Source: Schizochytrium sp. TIO01 (Eukaryota > Protista > Bigyra: Labyrinthulomycetes). Taken from it: a stretch of DNA of 64,000 bases. How positions within the stretch are numbered: position 1 is the first letter of the stretch; each line of letters opens with the position of its first letter. This document shows positions 1 through 13,703 of this stretch, one piece after another. A program made the position numbers and the translations under genes. The stretch spans positions 496,001 to 560,000 of the forward strand of contig SMSO01000008.1 in the NCBI GenBank assembly GCA_004764695.1. The letters are read 5' to 3'. The notes beneath the pieces are model-generated. The model made no database searches and had not been told where the DNA came from. It saw only the letters and a list, made by a program, of their open reading frames with translations.

Positions 1-1520
1 CCACGAAGTGATTCAGTTCGTTCAAGAAGATCATCCTCTTCATCAGAAATCTCATCATCGCTATATCCATGACTACTACGAGCTTGACAAACACTTTCCA
101 GATCTTCTGAGCTTAACAATGCAGATACTGTACTGCTTCCAGAAGGGGCGGGTCTGTGTCGTGTGTTTTTTAGGACTTGACGCCACCAAAGGTCTTCTTC
201 CACGAAATATTGTCGAATTCGATCCAATGAGGGCTTCTCTGTTGTATTATATCTCCACTCCTTAGGCATTTCTGTTGAAACCTGTATGGTGCCTTTAATT
301 AAAAGCGTAATCCCACGAGCTTCAAAGCGTCCCCCGGGTGGTATCTCAAGTATGTCTGCCTCGGCACAGAGTTTCTCTACCTCAGCTGCAGGCAAGAGCT
401 GGAGAAGACGTGACTGAGAAGCAAGCAAGCTGCAGTGAGCTCTTCGATATGTCTTAAGTGCATCATCATTTGTTGTGATACCACTATACACTTGGGCTGC
501 CTCCAGAGCCTCTAAAAATACACGATGAACATGACTTTCTGTTGCCTTCAAGTGCTGGAATGCAGGAAGGCTTAGCTGGAGCACTATGGATGACGACTCC
601 GCTCGAGCTGAGTGTTCACGAGTTTGGTCAGGTCGAAGCAAAGCTCGCTGCCCAACAGCATCTCCAGCATAAAGCGTTGTGAGTTTACACTCCTCTTTTA
701 TTGATACAGAGCCTGCATCGGCAGAACTCTCAAAAAGGTCAATAGCACCCTGCAGTACAATATAAAGTCCTCCGACATTTGAGTCCCCAGATTGGTAGAG
801 GTATTCCCCACGATTCAAAGCTAGGAGGTGACAAGCTCTAGCAACCCGTGTTCGTGAGGATTTTGCTAGGCCACTAAAAAGTGCAAAGGATGCTAGCCAA
901 GTTTCTAAAATACCCACTTCAATCGAGGACCGCATCCAAACATGTTTGACAAAACTTTCTCTGAGCTTTCCTGCAATCACATGGAGTGCTTTACATTCTC
1001 TGCTTCTTTCTTCTGTCAAAAATAGTTCTTGTTCGCGGAGGGCATCCTGGTCGTTGACACCTGCTGACCCTCGATCGTTGATATCGGAGATGGCCCCTAG
1101 TCGCTCGATAATTTGCTTCGATCCAAAAGGCCGAAATTCCTTTTCTTTATTTGGGCTAATGTAATGGATCAGCTTGCTCTCAGCTTGTGTGCATTTTGTC
1201 TTGTACATTTGCTCGATATCAATTGAAGACCTCTTGGTGCCAAACACTGCTCGTTCTTCTCCGTCTTCAAAAATCAGCGCTGCTGGCCTAGCCTCTCCAA
1301 TTGTTTCTCTACGCCTCAAACGCGAAGCCGTGCAATGCTGCTCAGATTTAAGCTTCTCATGATGCTGTTGCTGTAGTGCTTCTGCAGATTCGCGCAACTG
1401 ACGGGCCTGCTTAGGAGACAGCGAGGATCGCCGTCCAGGTCTAGACTGAGAACCTCGTCTTGCAAAACGGTTCTGCTGCTTACGAGGCTCTCGAGGCACA
1501 TCTGACGGCGAGCCAAACAT
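1..1520 (-). CDS. Cyclic nucleotide-binding (cNMP/CAP) domain protein, 3'-partial (runs off the window start)
   Basis: Hand translation: open frame from ATG at 1520 to position 1 with no stop, so it is absent from the ORF track. It contains FALFSGL...LNRGEYLYQSGDSNVGGLYIVLQGAIDLF...LYAGDAVGQRALL..DQTREHSARAESSSIVLQL, the cNMP beta-barrel pattern. Confidence 0.8.
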   Translation of the reverse strand, partial: MFGSPSDVPREPRKQQNRFARRGSQSRPGRRSSLSPKQARQLRESAEALQQQHHEKLKSEQHCTASRLRRRETIGEARPAALIFEDGEERAVFGTKRSSIDIEQMYKTKCTQAESKLIHYISPNKEKEFRPFGSKQIIERLGAISDINDRGSAGVNDQDALREQELFLTEERSRECKALHVIAGKLRESFVKHVWMRSSIEVGILETWLASFALFSGLAKSSRTRVARACHLLALNRGEYLYQSGDSNVGGLYIVLQGAIDLFESSADAGSVSIKEECKLTTLYAGDAVGQRALLRPDQTREHSARAESSSIVLQLSLPAFQHLKATESHVHRVFLEALEAAQVYSGITTNDDALKTYRRAHCSLLASQSRLLQLLPAAEVEKLCAEADILEIPPGGRFEARGITLLIKGTIQVSTEMPKEWRYNTTEKPSLDRIRQYFVEEDLWWRQVLKNTRHRPAPSGSSTVSALLSSEDLESVCQARSSHGYSDDEISDEEDDLLERTESLR

Positions 1521-2069
1521 TCCCTCGGGCGCGCGTACCAAAGAAAGTCGTCCAAATAAATTTGAGATCTCACGACCTCGAAAGAACCTTTCAAGAGGCT
1601 AAATCTCTTTGAAAATCAGTAAATGGCAATCCTTTTGATGTATGTTCTAACCTTCATCTCACAATGTTCTTTCAAGTACACACCTTATGATGGGGTCAAG
1701 AAAGACCTGATGTGAAGAGAAAAAGACTATCCTAGAAGCTTAACCAAATGATCGTTCCATGATCTTCCTTAAATTATAAAAAGAAGACTCGATCGGAAAT
1801 CAAAAAGAATAACTCCGTTTATGATGAGAGCTCCCACTCAGAAGGAGAAGTATGTGCTACCTAGCAAAAAAGGATGTATATTTTATAGATTCTATCTTAA
1901 TTTATTATAACATAACTCATACGTCATCCTATTCATCTTTCTCAAAGCATGTGAGAAACAACGTGTTATGTTGTTTTATATTTAAATCCTTTCGTTGAAT
2001 TGACTTTTGATTCATTTATTTTGATACTTGGCAACATCAAATATTACCAGCACATACATACACACAGAC

Positions 2070-4161
2070 TTAGTCAAGCGCGAAGTGGCCCTGGCCATCT
2101 CGAATAGCCTGTAGCAGACGTTGCTTGAGGACAGATCGAGAGGAGTATGCAGGGAGTTTGAGATAGACTTGGCATGTGCTGCATGAAGGTAAACTCCCAT
2201 CTGCCTCGCCGGTAGTATTTTTTCGCACAACGGTTAGTCGAGGGCGGAGTTCTCCAAACCCCCCTACAGGAAGACGCGGAGAACCTGTTAAGAATTGCAT
2301 AAACAGTCGGCGGTCTTCAGCACCAAGTTCAGAAAGCACCTGGACAAGGTTTTGAATTTGCGGAGCCTTTGCATCGTAACCGTGTTTGCAGACAATATTT
2401 CTCATGATGACTTCAGCATCCCAATTAGAGGAATCTCCGCCATCAGACAATAGAGACTGCAGCTCGCTGGGTGTAAAAACTCGTAGTGCCTCCACTGGGA
2501 AAAAGGTGCTTATTCCATCTCTGATGCACCTCACTTGTTCTTCGACGTCCTCGTGAAGTAAACGCTTGCACACGAGATCCAGATACTCATGTAAAGTGGA
2601 AGCTGTAACAGAAATATCTACACCACCAGGTACAAGCTCCTCTTGTTCTCTGCCTGGTACAGTAAAATCAATTGCCATGTCGATGACTGAAGACTCGAGT
2701 TCACAGAGCTCTGCCTCAACATCCTCATCAGCACTGCGTGCAATAAGACGCGCATAAGCATCTGCCATGTCTTGAAGATACTTAAACGATCTTCCCAAAG
2801 CCTCGTCGAGGAGTCCAGCATCATTCAACTTCAAAGACTCGCCAATCAAGAGCTTACATAGTGGAATTGAAAGTGGCAAATCCAACAAACGTTTATCTTG
2901 AAGCGCCTTACCGATGAAGCGACCAACGAAGGTAAACAATGCCAACATTCGCTCACGAGAATGCTCGGATTCAAGAACACTAGGTTCTTCGAGACGAACC
3001 TCCGTAGGTAAAGGTGTATGCCTTCTAAGTGCCGCTATACGGAACTCGCCACGTCGCTGGAGGGCTTCAAATCGTGAGGGAATGGACGCCGATGATGCTT
3101 CATTCATGCCGGTAATGGCTGCCAAGGCAGAAGCTGCTGCACCCGAGTTGCCACTGATTCCAGCAATAACCTCAGACAGAGGTACACTTCGAGAACCTAG
3201 ACCTCGTGAAGTGGTGGTGGTAGCTGATGCTGAGCTCGATGAAGACGAAAGTAAGAAACGATGCGAAGACTCATTGGATGGGGTATGATTCGATCTGCTC
3301 GCTTGCTCTGAAAACTTGTGCGCAGATTCATTGTCATTCAAGTCAGCCTTGTGTTTGGCATCCAGCTTTTCGGATGCTGGGAGGCTCGCGGGCCAAAGTC
3401 CTTGAGGGCAAAACACTAGCTCGCTACTCTGAGTCACTTCTCCCTCAGTGCTTGACTTTGAGGAGGAGACCGTTTCAGAATCTCCATTCGATGTTACGCC
3501 GGAAGAGGGTGCACCTGCACGTTCTGGCTGGCGCCAAATATTGAGATCTCTTCGATGAAGTTCGCGGCAAACAAGAGAGTAGAACTCCAAGGTTGGGCCA
3601 AGACCGTGCCCAATCTCCCCGGTGAACTCCACACTAAGCAGATAAGTTGGAGCTGAAGCGTGCCCAATGAGGAACATTGCTGCTTCAAGAACACGGTCCC
3701 TAGGTACAACTGCTTTTTGTCTTTTCAGTACACCTAGCTGCCCATGGCTGCTTGGAATGTTCGGAATAATTCGCAAGCCGATGCGATATCTAACTTCATT
3801 GTGATGACGACGCCAAGAAGCGCGCAAAGACGCACTGACCTTTTCAACACGACGAATGATATTAGCAGCGCCCTCTGGCTGATTCAGAGCAAAATTGCTT
3901 GGTCTTTCGCGATTAGCATGAGAGCTTTGAGATGTGAGAGATTGGCGTGCGTTCTTGCCCCTGGTCCTGGCGCGATCATTGCGTGACGTAAGCCCGCCCA
4001 TATCTTCTCTGTTACCTTCCTTTGCGACTTTATCACCTCTCTTGCTATCCAACTCATCCTCACTCTCGTTGTCGTCATCGTCGCGGTTATTGTCGTTGCC
4101 ATCTTCATCTTCATCTTTATCCTCCTCCCCATCATCGCCATCATCATGATCGTCGTCGTTG

Positions 4162-4193
<32 letters not shown>

Positions 4194-7100
4194 ATCGTCG
4201 TCATCGTCGTCGTTATCGCCATCATCATCTTCACCATCACTGTTACCATCGCTATGACTATCATCGTCTTCCTCGTGGTCTTCGTCGTCTTCCACCACAT
4301 CATTATTCTTATATTCATCAATATGCTCACGGCCAGGAGTGCCATTCCTATGCGCACCTGTCTCGTCACCATTACCATCAAGATTGGGATCACCTCCTGC
4401 GCTGCTTGAAGTAGTCGATCTGCGTCGGGACTGTTCGCCTAGATTGATCGAAGGACGTCGATCACGAGCGTTCGAAAGACGCCTTGTGGGCATAGGGCGG
4501 CCAGCAGACGGCTGCTCGCGACGACCCTCTTGCAACCGCTCTACGGAGCGTGTCACGCCAAAAGACGCACTTTCAAACAACAGCATACGAGCTTCAAGCG
4601 GAACTAAGAACTTAAATTGGGTTGCCAATTCCCATACCCAATCTGGAAGAGAATTTGTACAGACTGATACCATATCTTGAATTTGCAGAACAAGTTTCTG
4701 GGTCAGTCGCTGACTCTGTAAAGCGTCTTCTCGCGCTTTGTTGAGTACGCTCATACTAGTCTTATTTTGTACACGAGAAAGTTCAGCTAATAGCTGCAGC
4801 ACGGCCTCCGCACCATCAATTTCATCACTTTCATCAAATGCATCTTGCATGCTTCTTGAGCTTGAAACACGACGGGGTCTCGTCAAGACAACAGGCGATT
4901 TGGCTTCACGACGGCCTTGCTGATCAGATTCTTCCTTCATTGTGGGATGAATAATAGCATCTTCTATTGAGGAAGCGCCTTCTGGAAGTGCAACAAGATC
5001 AGCACGTTTCCAATGAATACGGCATTGGAAAGACTTGTTAAAAGTAACAACTGGAAAGAGAGCAGGACCTGCAAATGGGATGCTATCAAATGCTGTCCCC
5101 ATAGGTGCATCAAAAGAGCCATTTTGAGAAAATCGCATAGTGGCAGTCCGTTGCACGGCATCAATCTCTATTTCACAGCCAATGACATCCCCATATTTCC
5201 AAGCAGTACCCCAGTCATGCGAGTCCATATTCCATCGCTTCAAGCGACTACCATCAAAGGCCCAGCTATACTGATCATCTCCACAGCCGACACCCTTGGA
5301 ATCATTAGGGCTGAAAAAAATTGAACCCCAACCAATCTGGGCAAGCCCACTATGTACAACCTCCACTTCATAGTACCATTTTCCACTCGTTAGCCATGCA
5401 CCTTGAATTGTTACAGATGGAAAATATGAATGAATCTTGACAATTCCATCTGCCTTTATACTTGTTTGACCACTAATAGGTATAATCTCACTTTGATGGA
5501 GAAGACCATCAAGAATTGCGATAGGATTTCTGCTTCCCGGCCGGCCAGTCCAGTCATACCGAATATCCTCATCAGCACCCCAAGGCTTCGTGAGTCCCAC
5601 ATCACGTGTAAGGACTATCCTTCTGCGAGTTCCATTCTCCAAGGCTTCATCTTGCTCTCGCTTCTTGCGACGGCGCCTGAGTGCTTCAAGCGCCTCCAGA
5701 AGCATATGGTTCTCATTGAGAGCCCAATCCGGATCGCGAGCGCTCATAAGCTCGATTGGGGCCATGCTGCAACCAGGAATTGTGTGCGCAGAAGCATTAT
5801 TTGAGCTTTGCCTATCAGGTGCCCGTTGCGGAACCATATCACCTAGAAGAACTGGTTCATGCGGGCTTCCCTCAACCCGAGATGCTTGCAAACGAGTAAA
5901 ATGTCGGCTTAAATACCTATGGTGGCCTGCATTGTGGGTGCCGTGTCGACGAGCGCCACTAATTTGTGATGGTGATGGTGATGACAAATTCTGTACCGCT
6001 CTGTCTCCAAAGCCAGATGAAGAGGAGTATGCAGTTGAAGCGCGTGACGCTGCTCCATAGTTTCCCATACGACCAACTTGACCCCGAAGGCCGAATACTG
6101 AGGATCTAGGTGTGGGTAAACTCGCTTCTTCCCTGGGCCCTTCACTACGAACGCTGTTGGTAGCAAGACTTCGTTGCGTGGGGAGCTGACTTTGATTAAT
6201 AATTCCCGCATTTACGAGATTATGCTGCACAGCCATAGGAATAGGTCCTCGCAATAAATTTTCAATTGCAGTTGACGGCTGACCTTGCGTAGCTGGTCGA
6301 CGTCGAGATGGGGAGTTGAGGGGCACCAGGGAATTTACAATTGCCATAATATCGCTGGCTGTTTCAGGGGCAGATGCTGTTTGAAATGGTGCAGCAAATC
6401 CTGATACATCAACCCGCGTAGTATCTGAAGTAAACTTTGCCTTTTTGGCGCCTTTGCCATGCGACTTCCACAAATCCTTTAATGCTCGCACTCGCTCCAC
6501 CGCAGTATTACTTTTCAAAGCTGAAAGCGTCTCCATCTCAAGCCGTGACCAAAAAGTTTTATCTCTCCCAATTAAACGTCGCAGGAGATCTGCTGTTGTC
6601 ACTTTGTCGTTTGCAGCAATCTCTGCAGAGTATAGCATGTTTATGGGTACACAACGTACCGCACAGGACTGATCACAAAGCACAACAATGATTTCATCTG
6701 ATTCTTTGGCGAGTGGGCACAAAATAGTTCCTTTCACAAACAAATCCGAGCGTTTACCGACGTGAACACCAAACGACACCTTTGTACCGATAACACATTG
6801 TTCCTCAGTGAGAGGGTCTGCAGAGCGAACTGCGCGCATTGGAGTCGCAGCATGTACATATCCAAGGACTCCTCCCATCAGAGCATCCTTCACAGCCGCT
6901 GTCTTTGCGGATGCAGTAACTTTAGAACTTCTGGAGGATTGAGATTTGGACATAGTAGCTTGTGATGATGATGGTGATGTAGATGGTCTACGCCTGTTCC
7001 CCCTCAAAGACACCATCCGGGTGTCTGATATTTCTTCGCTAGAATCATCTTCATCTTGAGACTCGGTAGGTGCTTCTCGTGTCATCTCGCTTGCTGATCG

Positions 7101-10100
7101 AGCGAAAAGACGGTCCACCTCTTGCTTGCCCTTTTCAGACACCCATTGCAAACTCATAGAAGGCTCCGCATTGAGATTACGTACTAAAATGTCCTTGCTA
7201 GATTTACCTGCGATTGCATCGCGCCCTTCTCCACATGCTAGAACGACTGCAGGGAACCAAACCATGCTTTCTCCGTCCAAAATATCTAGGCAATCTCCAG
7301 GTTGCAAAGTTTTCCATACAGGCAACTTCTGAGAGGCAATCATGAGTGCATCGCGTTCAAAGATTGTCGTACAAGAAAGTGATTGTATGCATGAGTATCT
7401 TGCCTTGGTTCCTATCTTGGCAATTCGCTCCGAAATATCAAGTACCCATTCGAAAAAATCATCTCCATTTAGTTGGCTGGACAATTGTCGATCATGGGAA
7501 CGCTGAGTACGCATAAATGATGCTTCGGGATAACGCATTTTTAGAGCTTTGCAACCAAGTTCCTGAACAAAGAATTCATCGACTATCTCAGCCCTAACCC
7601 AGCGACGTTGGGCCATCAAAAGTTCAGCGCTGATGCCAGTCACAAGAGAAAGTCGCCATACGTTTACGGGACTAGGTTTTAAACTATCCTCCAGGGAGTG
7701 AGCACTTACTTTCACTCCACGTAATGGGGTTAGCTTTTGAGCAGCCCCAGAGCCGCTATAAAAGTGTACAGTGATCCGGTCTTGGCTGTCATTTGGCCAG
7801 AGTACACACACTTGTTGTTGAGAGTCGCTTGACTTTTGTTGTTCATTCGTATTCTTTGAAGAGCTCGAACCGAGTTCCGAGGATTTAACGCTAGGGAATG
7901 TAGAGATGACAATTCCACAATTAGTATGTGACTCACTGGTCGAATTGAGCTTTACAAGGTCTCCAGCCCGCAGAGAAGGCACATCAAAAGTAGCAACAAA
8001 TTGCCAGGCAGTTAACTGAGCAGAATAAATGATGTGCCGAAAGTTTGTGTAGAAATTTTGGGAGCAAGCAGCTAGAATATCTCCGACACAAACAAGTGGT
8101 TCTAATTGGAAATGTTGATCAAGTTCGTTGACTTCATTGCGAGCTTCGGCAATCACACCTTGCATTTCCTCCTCGCTTACACCCAGTTTTACAAGGACAG
8201 AGCGAGCTGCATTTTCACACGCCATTTCGGCACATGTACGAATTGTATCACTAGGTCGAACAACGAGATATTCAGACCCAGTTAACTTTTCAATTGAGTT
8301 ACCAAGCAGCCGTACGTCAAAAACGTCTTCATCGTTCAATACATCAAACAACTTCTCAGTGAGCCTGTTCATTGAACAATCAGCGCTACTTACAGAGAAC
8401 ACGTGAGAAAATGCAGCTCGACCTGCTGGGCTGGAAAGAAGTCTTGCAAGAATTGAGGCGACGCCGGCGGTTCGCATCTCATACGAAGTGGCACTATCGC
8501 TTGTCAAAAGAAGTTCCTTTAGGGACTCGAGCGAGGAGACCATCAACCCACGAACTGTCTTACTCGAAGTTGTTGAGCCTGCTTGGTTCTGGTTGCCTGT
8601 GGTATCAAAAATAATACCACACGACTGAACATGATTGGCAGGTGAGAACAAGCGTCGACGCTTTGTTGCTGGCTGCGGTGGATTTTCTTTGGCTGTTAGT
8701 GGTAAAATCTGCGATACTACTGAGCCCTCTGATGTTGCCTGCGCGCGATTCTTTGTACGTTTGGATGATCTTCCCTTTAAAGTATTAGGTTGACTCACAC
8801 TTCGGCGCTTGCGTTGGCTCTTCCCCTTAACACCACCTTGAGCCTGATAATTCTGACGATTGCTAGGGTTTGAGTCCTGAGTGATACCTCCTTCGTTGCC
8901 TGATTCTTCGTCACCATTGTCTTGTTCATCTTCCTCAGAAAAGCATGCTTCTTCCAGCGGAAGCGAAGACGATGCCGAAGACATTGATTGTGCAGATGAC
9001 TCTTGCGCATGCTGAATAATATAATCAGCAGCCTCAGCAAGCTGTCCGACGATCTCGCGAAGTGATATGAGCACCTTGCTTTCCGTTGCTGATGGAGAGC
9101 ACACCTTACAATTTTCTGGATCAGAGTGATCAGCTGAAACTCCTTGCATCGTATGAAGCTTGCGGAAGGCAGCTTTTGCCAAGGTTGGGATATCGTGGGA
9201 ACCCACTGCTCGTCCAAGCTGCCGAAGTCGTGGAACAAGGCCCTCGCGACTGACAATTCGACGAAATGCCTGTACAGGAACTCGTTGCAGATCCACCATG
9301 ATACATCGTAGAGCTGCAAGTACAAGGTCTACATCGTTGGAGGTGACAGCTGAAGCAAAGACGCCAGTACTTCGATTAAGAGTCATATGACGGTGTTCTT
9401 CAATCGTTTCTGATGGCAGTGCAAGAATTAGACCACCAAAAATCTCCAGCGCATGCGCTCGAGAGCCTGGAAGACTAGACTCCCTCGCTACTCGAAGCAG
9501 GCGATCAGCTAGCATGGAGTAACAGTGCTCGGCAAGCTCTGGCTGATCTACGTAAACATCCCAAAGTGTACTGTTATCGGAGCTATTTTGCTGGTCAATG
9601 AGACTCTCTACACTAGGTCTCGACTCTGGCTTGGCTGATGCAGCTCGCTGGGAGATCTCTGGGCAAACTTGACCACACATTTCGCAGGAGGTTTGACTTA
9701 AAGAGTTGTGGTATGTACATGTAGGGCAGGCCCAAATGCCTGCAGCTGCAGCTGCAGCAGCAGCATCTGAACTTGGATCGTTATCACCGCCCGAGACAGA
9801 ATTATTATTACCTGGACCACCCTCGCTTCGAGGACTATGTTGAGTGGCCCCATGATCAGTTGACTGTGCAGAACGTACGGCAGTACTGTGTTCAGGAAGA
9901 GAGGGGAGGCTAAGTGAGACAGGGCCCCATACACCATCTCCAAATGACGATGAACGATCTGTACGCCCCTGTGTTAAATTTGGATTTGAAGCAATCGTTG
10001 CAAATGCAGGCATAGCCGTGTCGTCGCATAGAATTTCAGTACTGGGCATCTCTAGTGCTAGAGCTGACGCAAGCTCAAGTGTGTCTGCAAGGTCATGCTC

Positions 10101-11261
10101 CATTCTACGGAGACGACCCAATGTCCGGTTTGATTCAAGAGACGCAGTTGTAGTGGGGCCCTCAGGTGTGGGCGGGAGTTCGTGGCTTGTGACGAGATCG
10201 AGACGGCTCGCGATGAGTTCCAGCGTACCCTTTTGAACAAGGGGTAGCACGCGATCTGCATCCGCTCGTGCTGTGCACGCTAAAGTGCGCATGACATGAG
10301 AGAGAAGATCAGCATCAAATTTGCTATCAGAACTACTACCGCTTCCGTTGCTGCCTTGGGCCAGCCCAATGAGTTTACTAGTAACTGAGCCGGGTACGAT
10401 TTCACGAATCATAACCCTTTGCCAGTCCCTAAACTTTACTGGATCCAACACGCGCCCTTCACTGTCTTTTGGCTGCCGGCGAGATTGTCTCAAATTAAGT
10501 TTTGCAGCCCGCCGTCGCTTGGAAGCCTTGCGACTACGGTTATCTCTTCTTTGGTTTTTGGCTTGCAATGACGAAACCTTTGCTGAGGTTCGCGCTTCGA
10601 TGGCGGCAGCCCGTGCGTGGTCCTTTTCATATTTCTGTGCGAGAGTCCAAATTGATGTGCATACCAAACGAAGACTCTGATCATCATCTGTGCTGTTGAG
10701 AATCTTGTGAATGGCAGGTAAAACCTGGAGAACGTATGATGCGTCGGCAAGACCTTTCCCAAGATCCTCGTTTTCGTCGCAGACATGTTTACAAATCTTG
10801 GAGACAGTTTCGAGTGCTTTGTTTTGCATATGTTTAGGGAAAAAATCAAAGAATGCGGTGCACGCGTGCATACCTCCAGCGCGTAACAGCGCACGAAGTT
10901 GGATGGGCGTTTCGCCATGCTCACTTTTCGCAATAAAATGCAGGCAGTTGAGACACTGCTCCGCGACTTCAAAGTCCTGGAAAGCAAGGAGCTTGTCACA
11001 AAGAATAGGAAGGCCCTGCTCGTTAACAATCATACGTGCCATACGCGGGTCCATATCCAGAATCATGTTAAGTGATCTAGCGGCTAATAAGACCGCCTCG
11101 GGCGTTCTTTGGCATTGCTGAATGATACGTAGAAGGCAAGGCACGAGCGGCTCCGTGCGAATATCTGTTTGACCCATCGTCAAAACTGTTGTTACCTCCC
11201 TCAGGACCTCCAAGAGGGTTGCTTCATCCTCGAAGTCGCCAAGACTGCTAATGAGATCCAT
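2070..11261 (-). CDS. HECT E3 ubiquitin ligase, TRIP12/UFD4/UPL3-like (ARM repeats, NZF zinc finger, SPRY, acidic tract, C-terminal HECT)
   Basis: 3063-aa ORF. N-terminal LLAARSL...LCDKLLAFQDFEVAEQCL is TRIP12-type ARM. NZF: WACPTCTYHNSLSQTSCEMC. SPRY: GKWYYEVEV..GLAQIGW...GDDQYSWAFDG. HECT: VEFTGEIGHGLGPTLEFY...FLTGSPRLPVGG...LPSCSTCQVYLKLPAYSS, with the catalytic Cys. Confidence 0.93.
4050..4300 (-). repeat. Coding Asp/Glu-rich (GAC/GAT)n low-complexity tract in the HECT gene
   Basis: Runs of tcg/tca triplets on + encode poly-D/E. Confidence 0.9.
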
Positions 11262-12719
11262 CTTGCTAGCTAGTTCCTGCCCTCAGCTTGTATTCAGATG
11301 TTGCAAACTTGCTAGAAACCTCCGGGCTTTTGAACAAAGGCCTTGAGCTCCTTCAAGATTAAGGTCAGCCTAAATCTGAATACAAATTGATGTTGAAGTA
11401 AGCCTTCGCGAGGCGCTACGTCAAAGTCAATGTTTCCGTCAGTCCTAATGAATTCTCTTGTTCCAAGCCCGTTCTGCACTCTTTAGGGTGTCAATGCGGC
11501 CCCGCAGGGATTCTGAGGCGCTCTTCAAGATTAATTGGCTATCCACAGTACCTGATCGGCGCTCCTGGTTTGGCAAGAGCGCCTCCAAAAGTGGCGATGC
11601 AGCACGAGATGAACCTAAGCGCCCGGCGCGACGCAGATGCTGATGCCTGATCAGCACTGCTATGGCCGTCAGAGAGCCAAAACGCGTCGCAGAAAAGTTT
11701 TCCCTGGTCACGATGCTCTCGATGCTGCCTCTGCCACTCCAGATTATACGAAAGGCGTCGCAGATGCAGGTCTGTCTGGATGCGAAAGCCCGAAAGACGA
11801 AGATGATCTTCAAATAATTTCTCTCTTTCTGTCTTTCATTTCTAGTAGACTATCCGCTGCTATAATCTACTTTACGCAGTTTTAGTATAATAGTATAAAT
11901 TTATAATCTATAATGCGCTTGTTTTATGAAAATAGCGGAAAGTGTCGCGGAGAGAGAGTGATTATCGCTAGCATAAATAGACAGCGTTAGCCGTAGGATT
12001 AAATTGGTCAATTGGGAGTGGACAACTTGAACAAAGGTACGCTGAGAGGGAGAGAACAGCAGCAGAAAGCGGAGAGAAAATATCTCTGCAAGTCAATGTC
12101 GATGGTGCTGCTATGAGTGGACTGATCTAGCTAGATGATTTTCATTTTTTCATTTTTCGTTTTTTAGAAAAGAGATGGCAGCAGTTTCTGATTTATTGTA
12201 AAAATTCGCTCACATCAGTGTTTTTTGTTTGAGAGATATTTGGGTAAAGTTTCAACGCGAATAGTTGTTCTGACAATACAAAGGTAGTAAAGCAAAGCAG
12301 ATGACATTGAGACATTCGCAAAAAAACTCTGTAGGATGGCTGGAAGCATAGTAACTGGTGCTTTGTTCTCTTGAGAGCGCCTGGAGAGTGATGTACGGCT
12401 AATATGTTTACTTAAGGTAGTCTATGTTTATGGGAGCATATGACAGCTTTCAATTTTACAAAAGAGAAAATATCTTATCATTCACTTCATTCATGCACTA
12501 GGCTGCACTGCATTTCTGTGATTCTGATGCAAGTTCAGTTCTAAACGATGAAGGTCGTTGGGAGCCACACTTTAATTTCCTTCTAAAACTTGCAGAATAT
12601 GCCTCATATGGCTAAAAAACAGACATGCTGCGTTGCCAAAACAAACGTTTATAGTTCAATTCATCTTATAATACATGGCTCAATTATCATAGCTCATAAG
12701 AGGTGCTGTGCCTTGGCTC

Positions 12720-13703
12720 TTAAATTGGCGGAGGACGACTGAGTGGCGCCCCTGTCCTAAAATTGTGAGTAGAATTATCATTACTGCATTGTATAGTATC
12801 TTGTCGCTGGCGCAATACGCAAAATGGATGCTCATTATGTCCTGCTGCACGTCGGCTTGTTGCTTGGCGATGGAGCGTGAAGCGATCATCTCTGGAGAAC
12901 CGCATATTATCGGCATGTTTGAGAACTGCATTGACCTCGAGGTGCAACGGGCGCTGCCCCTTTTGCAAGCGTTCAACTTCAGGCATAATGACACGGTCGA
13001 ACCATACAGGTGGCTTAGCTTCTGCAGGATCAGCTCGCGAAGGGAGGACATACGAATCACCAATGTTGCTTCGTTTTTTTCTTTCGGCGGCTGTGTATCG
13101 CGGACAGTTTGGTAGGGAAATTGCCGACATGGAATTTGATAAATCAGGTGCGTGGATGAGGCGGTGGAGATCATCGGTACTCATGAGTACTGGAACCTGT
13201 TTTTGCTCATAATTTGTTGCCAAGTAGTTTGCCGGCATCATGTTCCTGCTTCGATCTAGAGGATCAGCCATACGGGAAGCAGATTCTGGCCTGTGACCGA
13301 AACTTGGGGATTTTAGTCTAACAAGGTTGTCACTTGTTGACTTCTGCCGCGTACTAGATGACTTCCTCGAGGGAGACTGATCCTTTTCTGAAACTGCTTC
13401 ATCGCGTTGTGCCATTTCTAGCGTATCCCGAAGTATACTTCTGACTTTTCCACTAGGAAGACCTGGATCTCTCTTGCGATATGCCCGAGCTGCAGGCCCT
13501 GCCCACTGAATGACGCGTCTTCTCCCTTCTTTGCGGATATCTTTCAGGTCGTTTAACTGTCTTGACTCGCAGAAGGGATGTTCTTCCAGATTAACTTTTG
13601 GTTTCCGCTTCGTCTGTCGAAAGCGCTCTGACTCACGCTTAACACGAGCCATCCGTCGTCTCTCTTCGCGTAAAATGCGCTCATGATCAGGATCCATCTC
13701 CAC
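12720..13703 (-). CDS. Hypothetical protein, 327 aa, basic and charged
   Basis: ATG-initiated 327-aa ORF with protein-like composition; no family recognised. Confidence 0.6.
   Translation of the reverse strand: MEMDPDHERILREERRRMARVKRESERFRQTKRKPKVNLEEHPFCESRQLNDLKDIRKEGRRRVIQWAGPAARAYRKRDPGLPSGKVRSILRDTLEMAQRDEAVSEKDQSPSRKSSSTRQKSTSDNLVRLKSPSFGHRPESASRMADPLDRSRNMMPANYLATNYEQKQVPVLMSTDDLHRLIHAPDLSNSMSAISLPNCPRYTAAERKKRSNIGDSYVLPSRADPAEAKPPVWFDRVIMPEVERLQKGQRPLHLEVNAVLKHADNMRFSRDDRFTLHRQATSRRAAGHNEHPFCVLRQRQDTIQCSNDNSTHNFRTGAPLSRPPPI

Noticed and set aside
2566-11121. Many short ORFs overlapping the HECT gene (and likewise genes A-D)
   Set aside because: They are antisense or alternative-frame shadows of long genuine ORFs.
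11445-11885. Small ORFs upstream of the HECT gene
   Set aside because: No recognisable motifs; more likely leader or promoter sequence.
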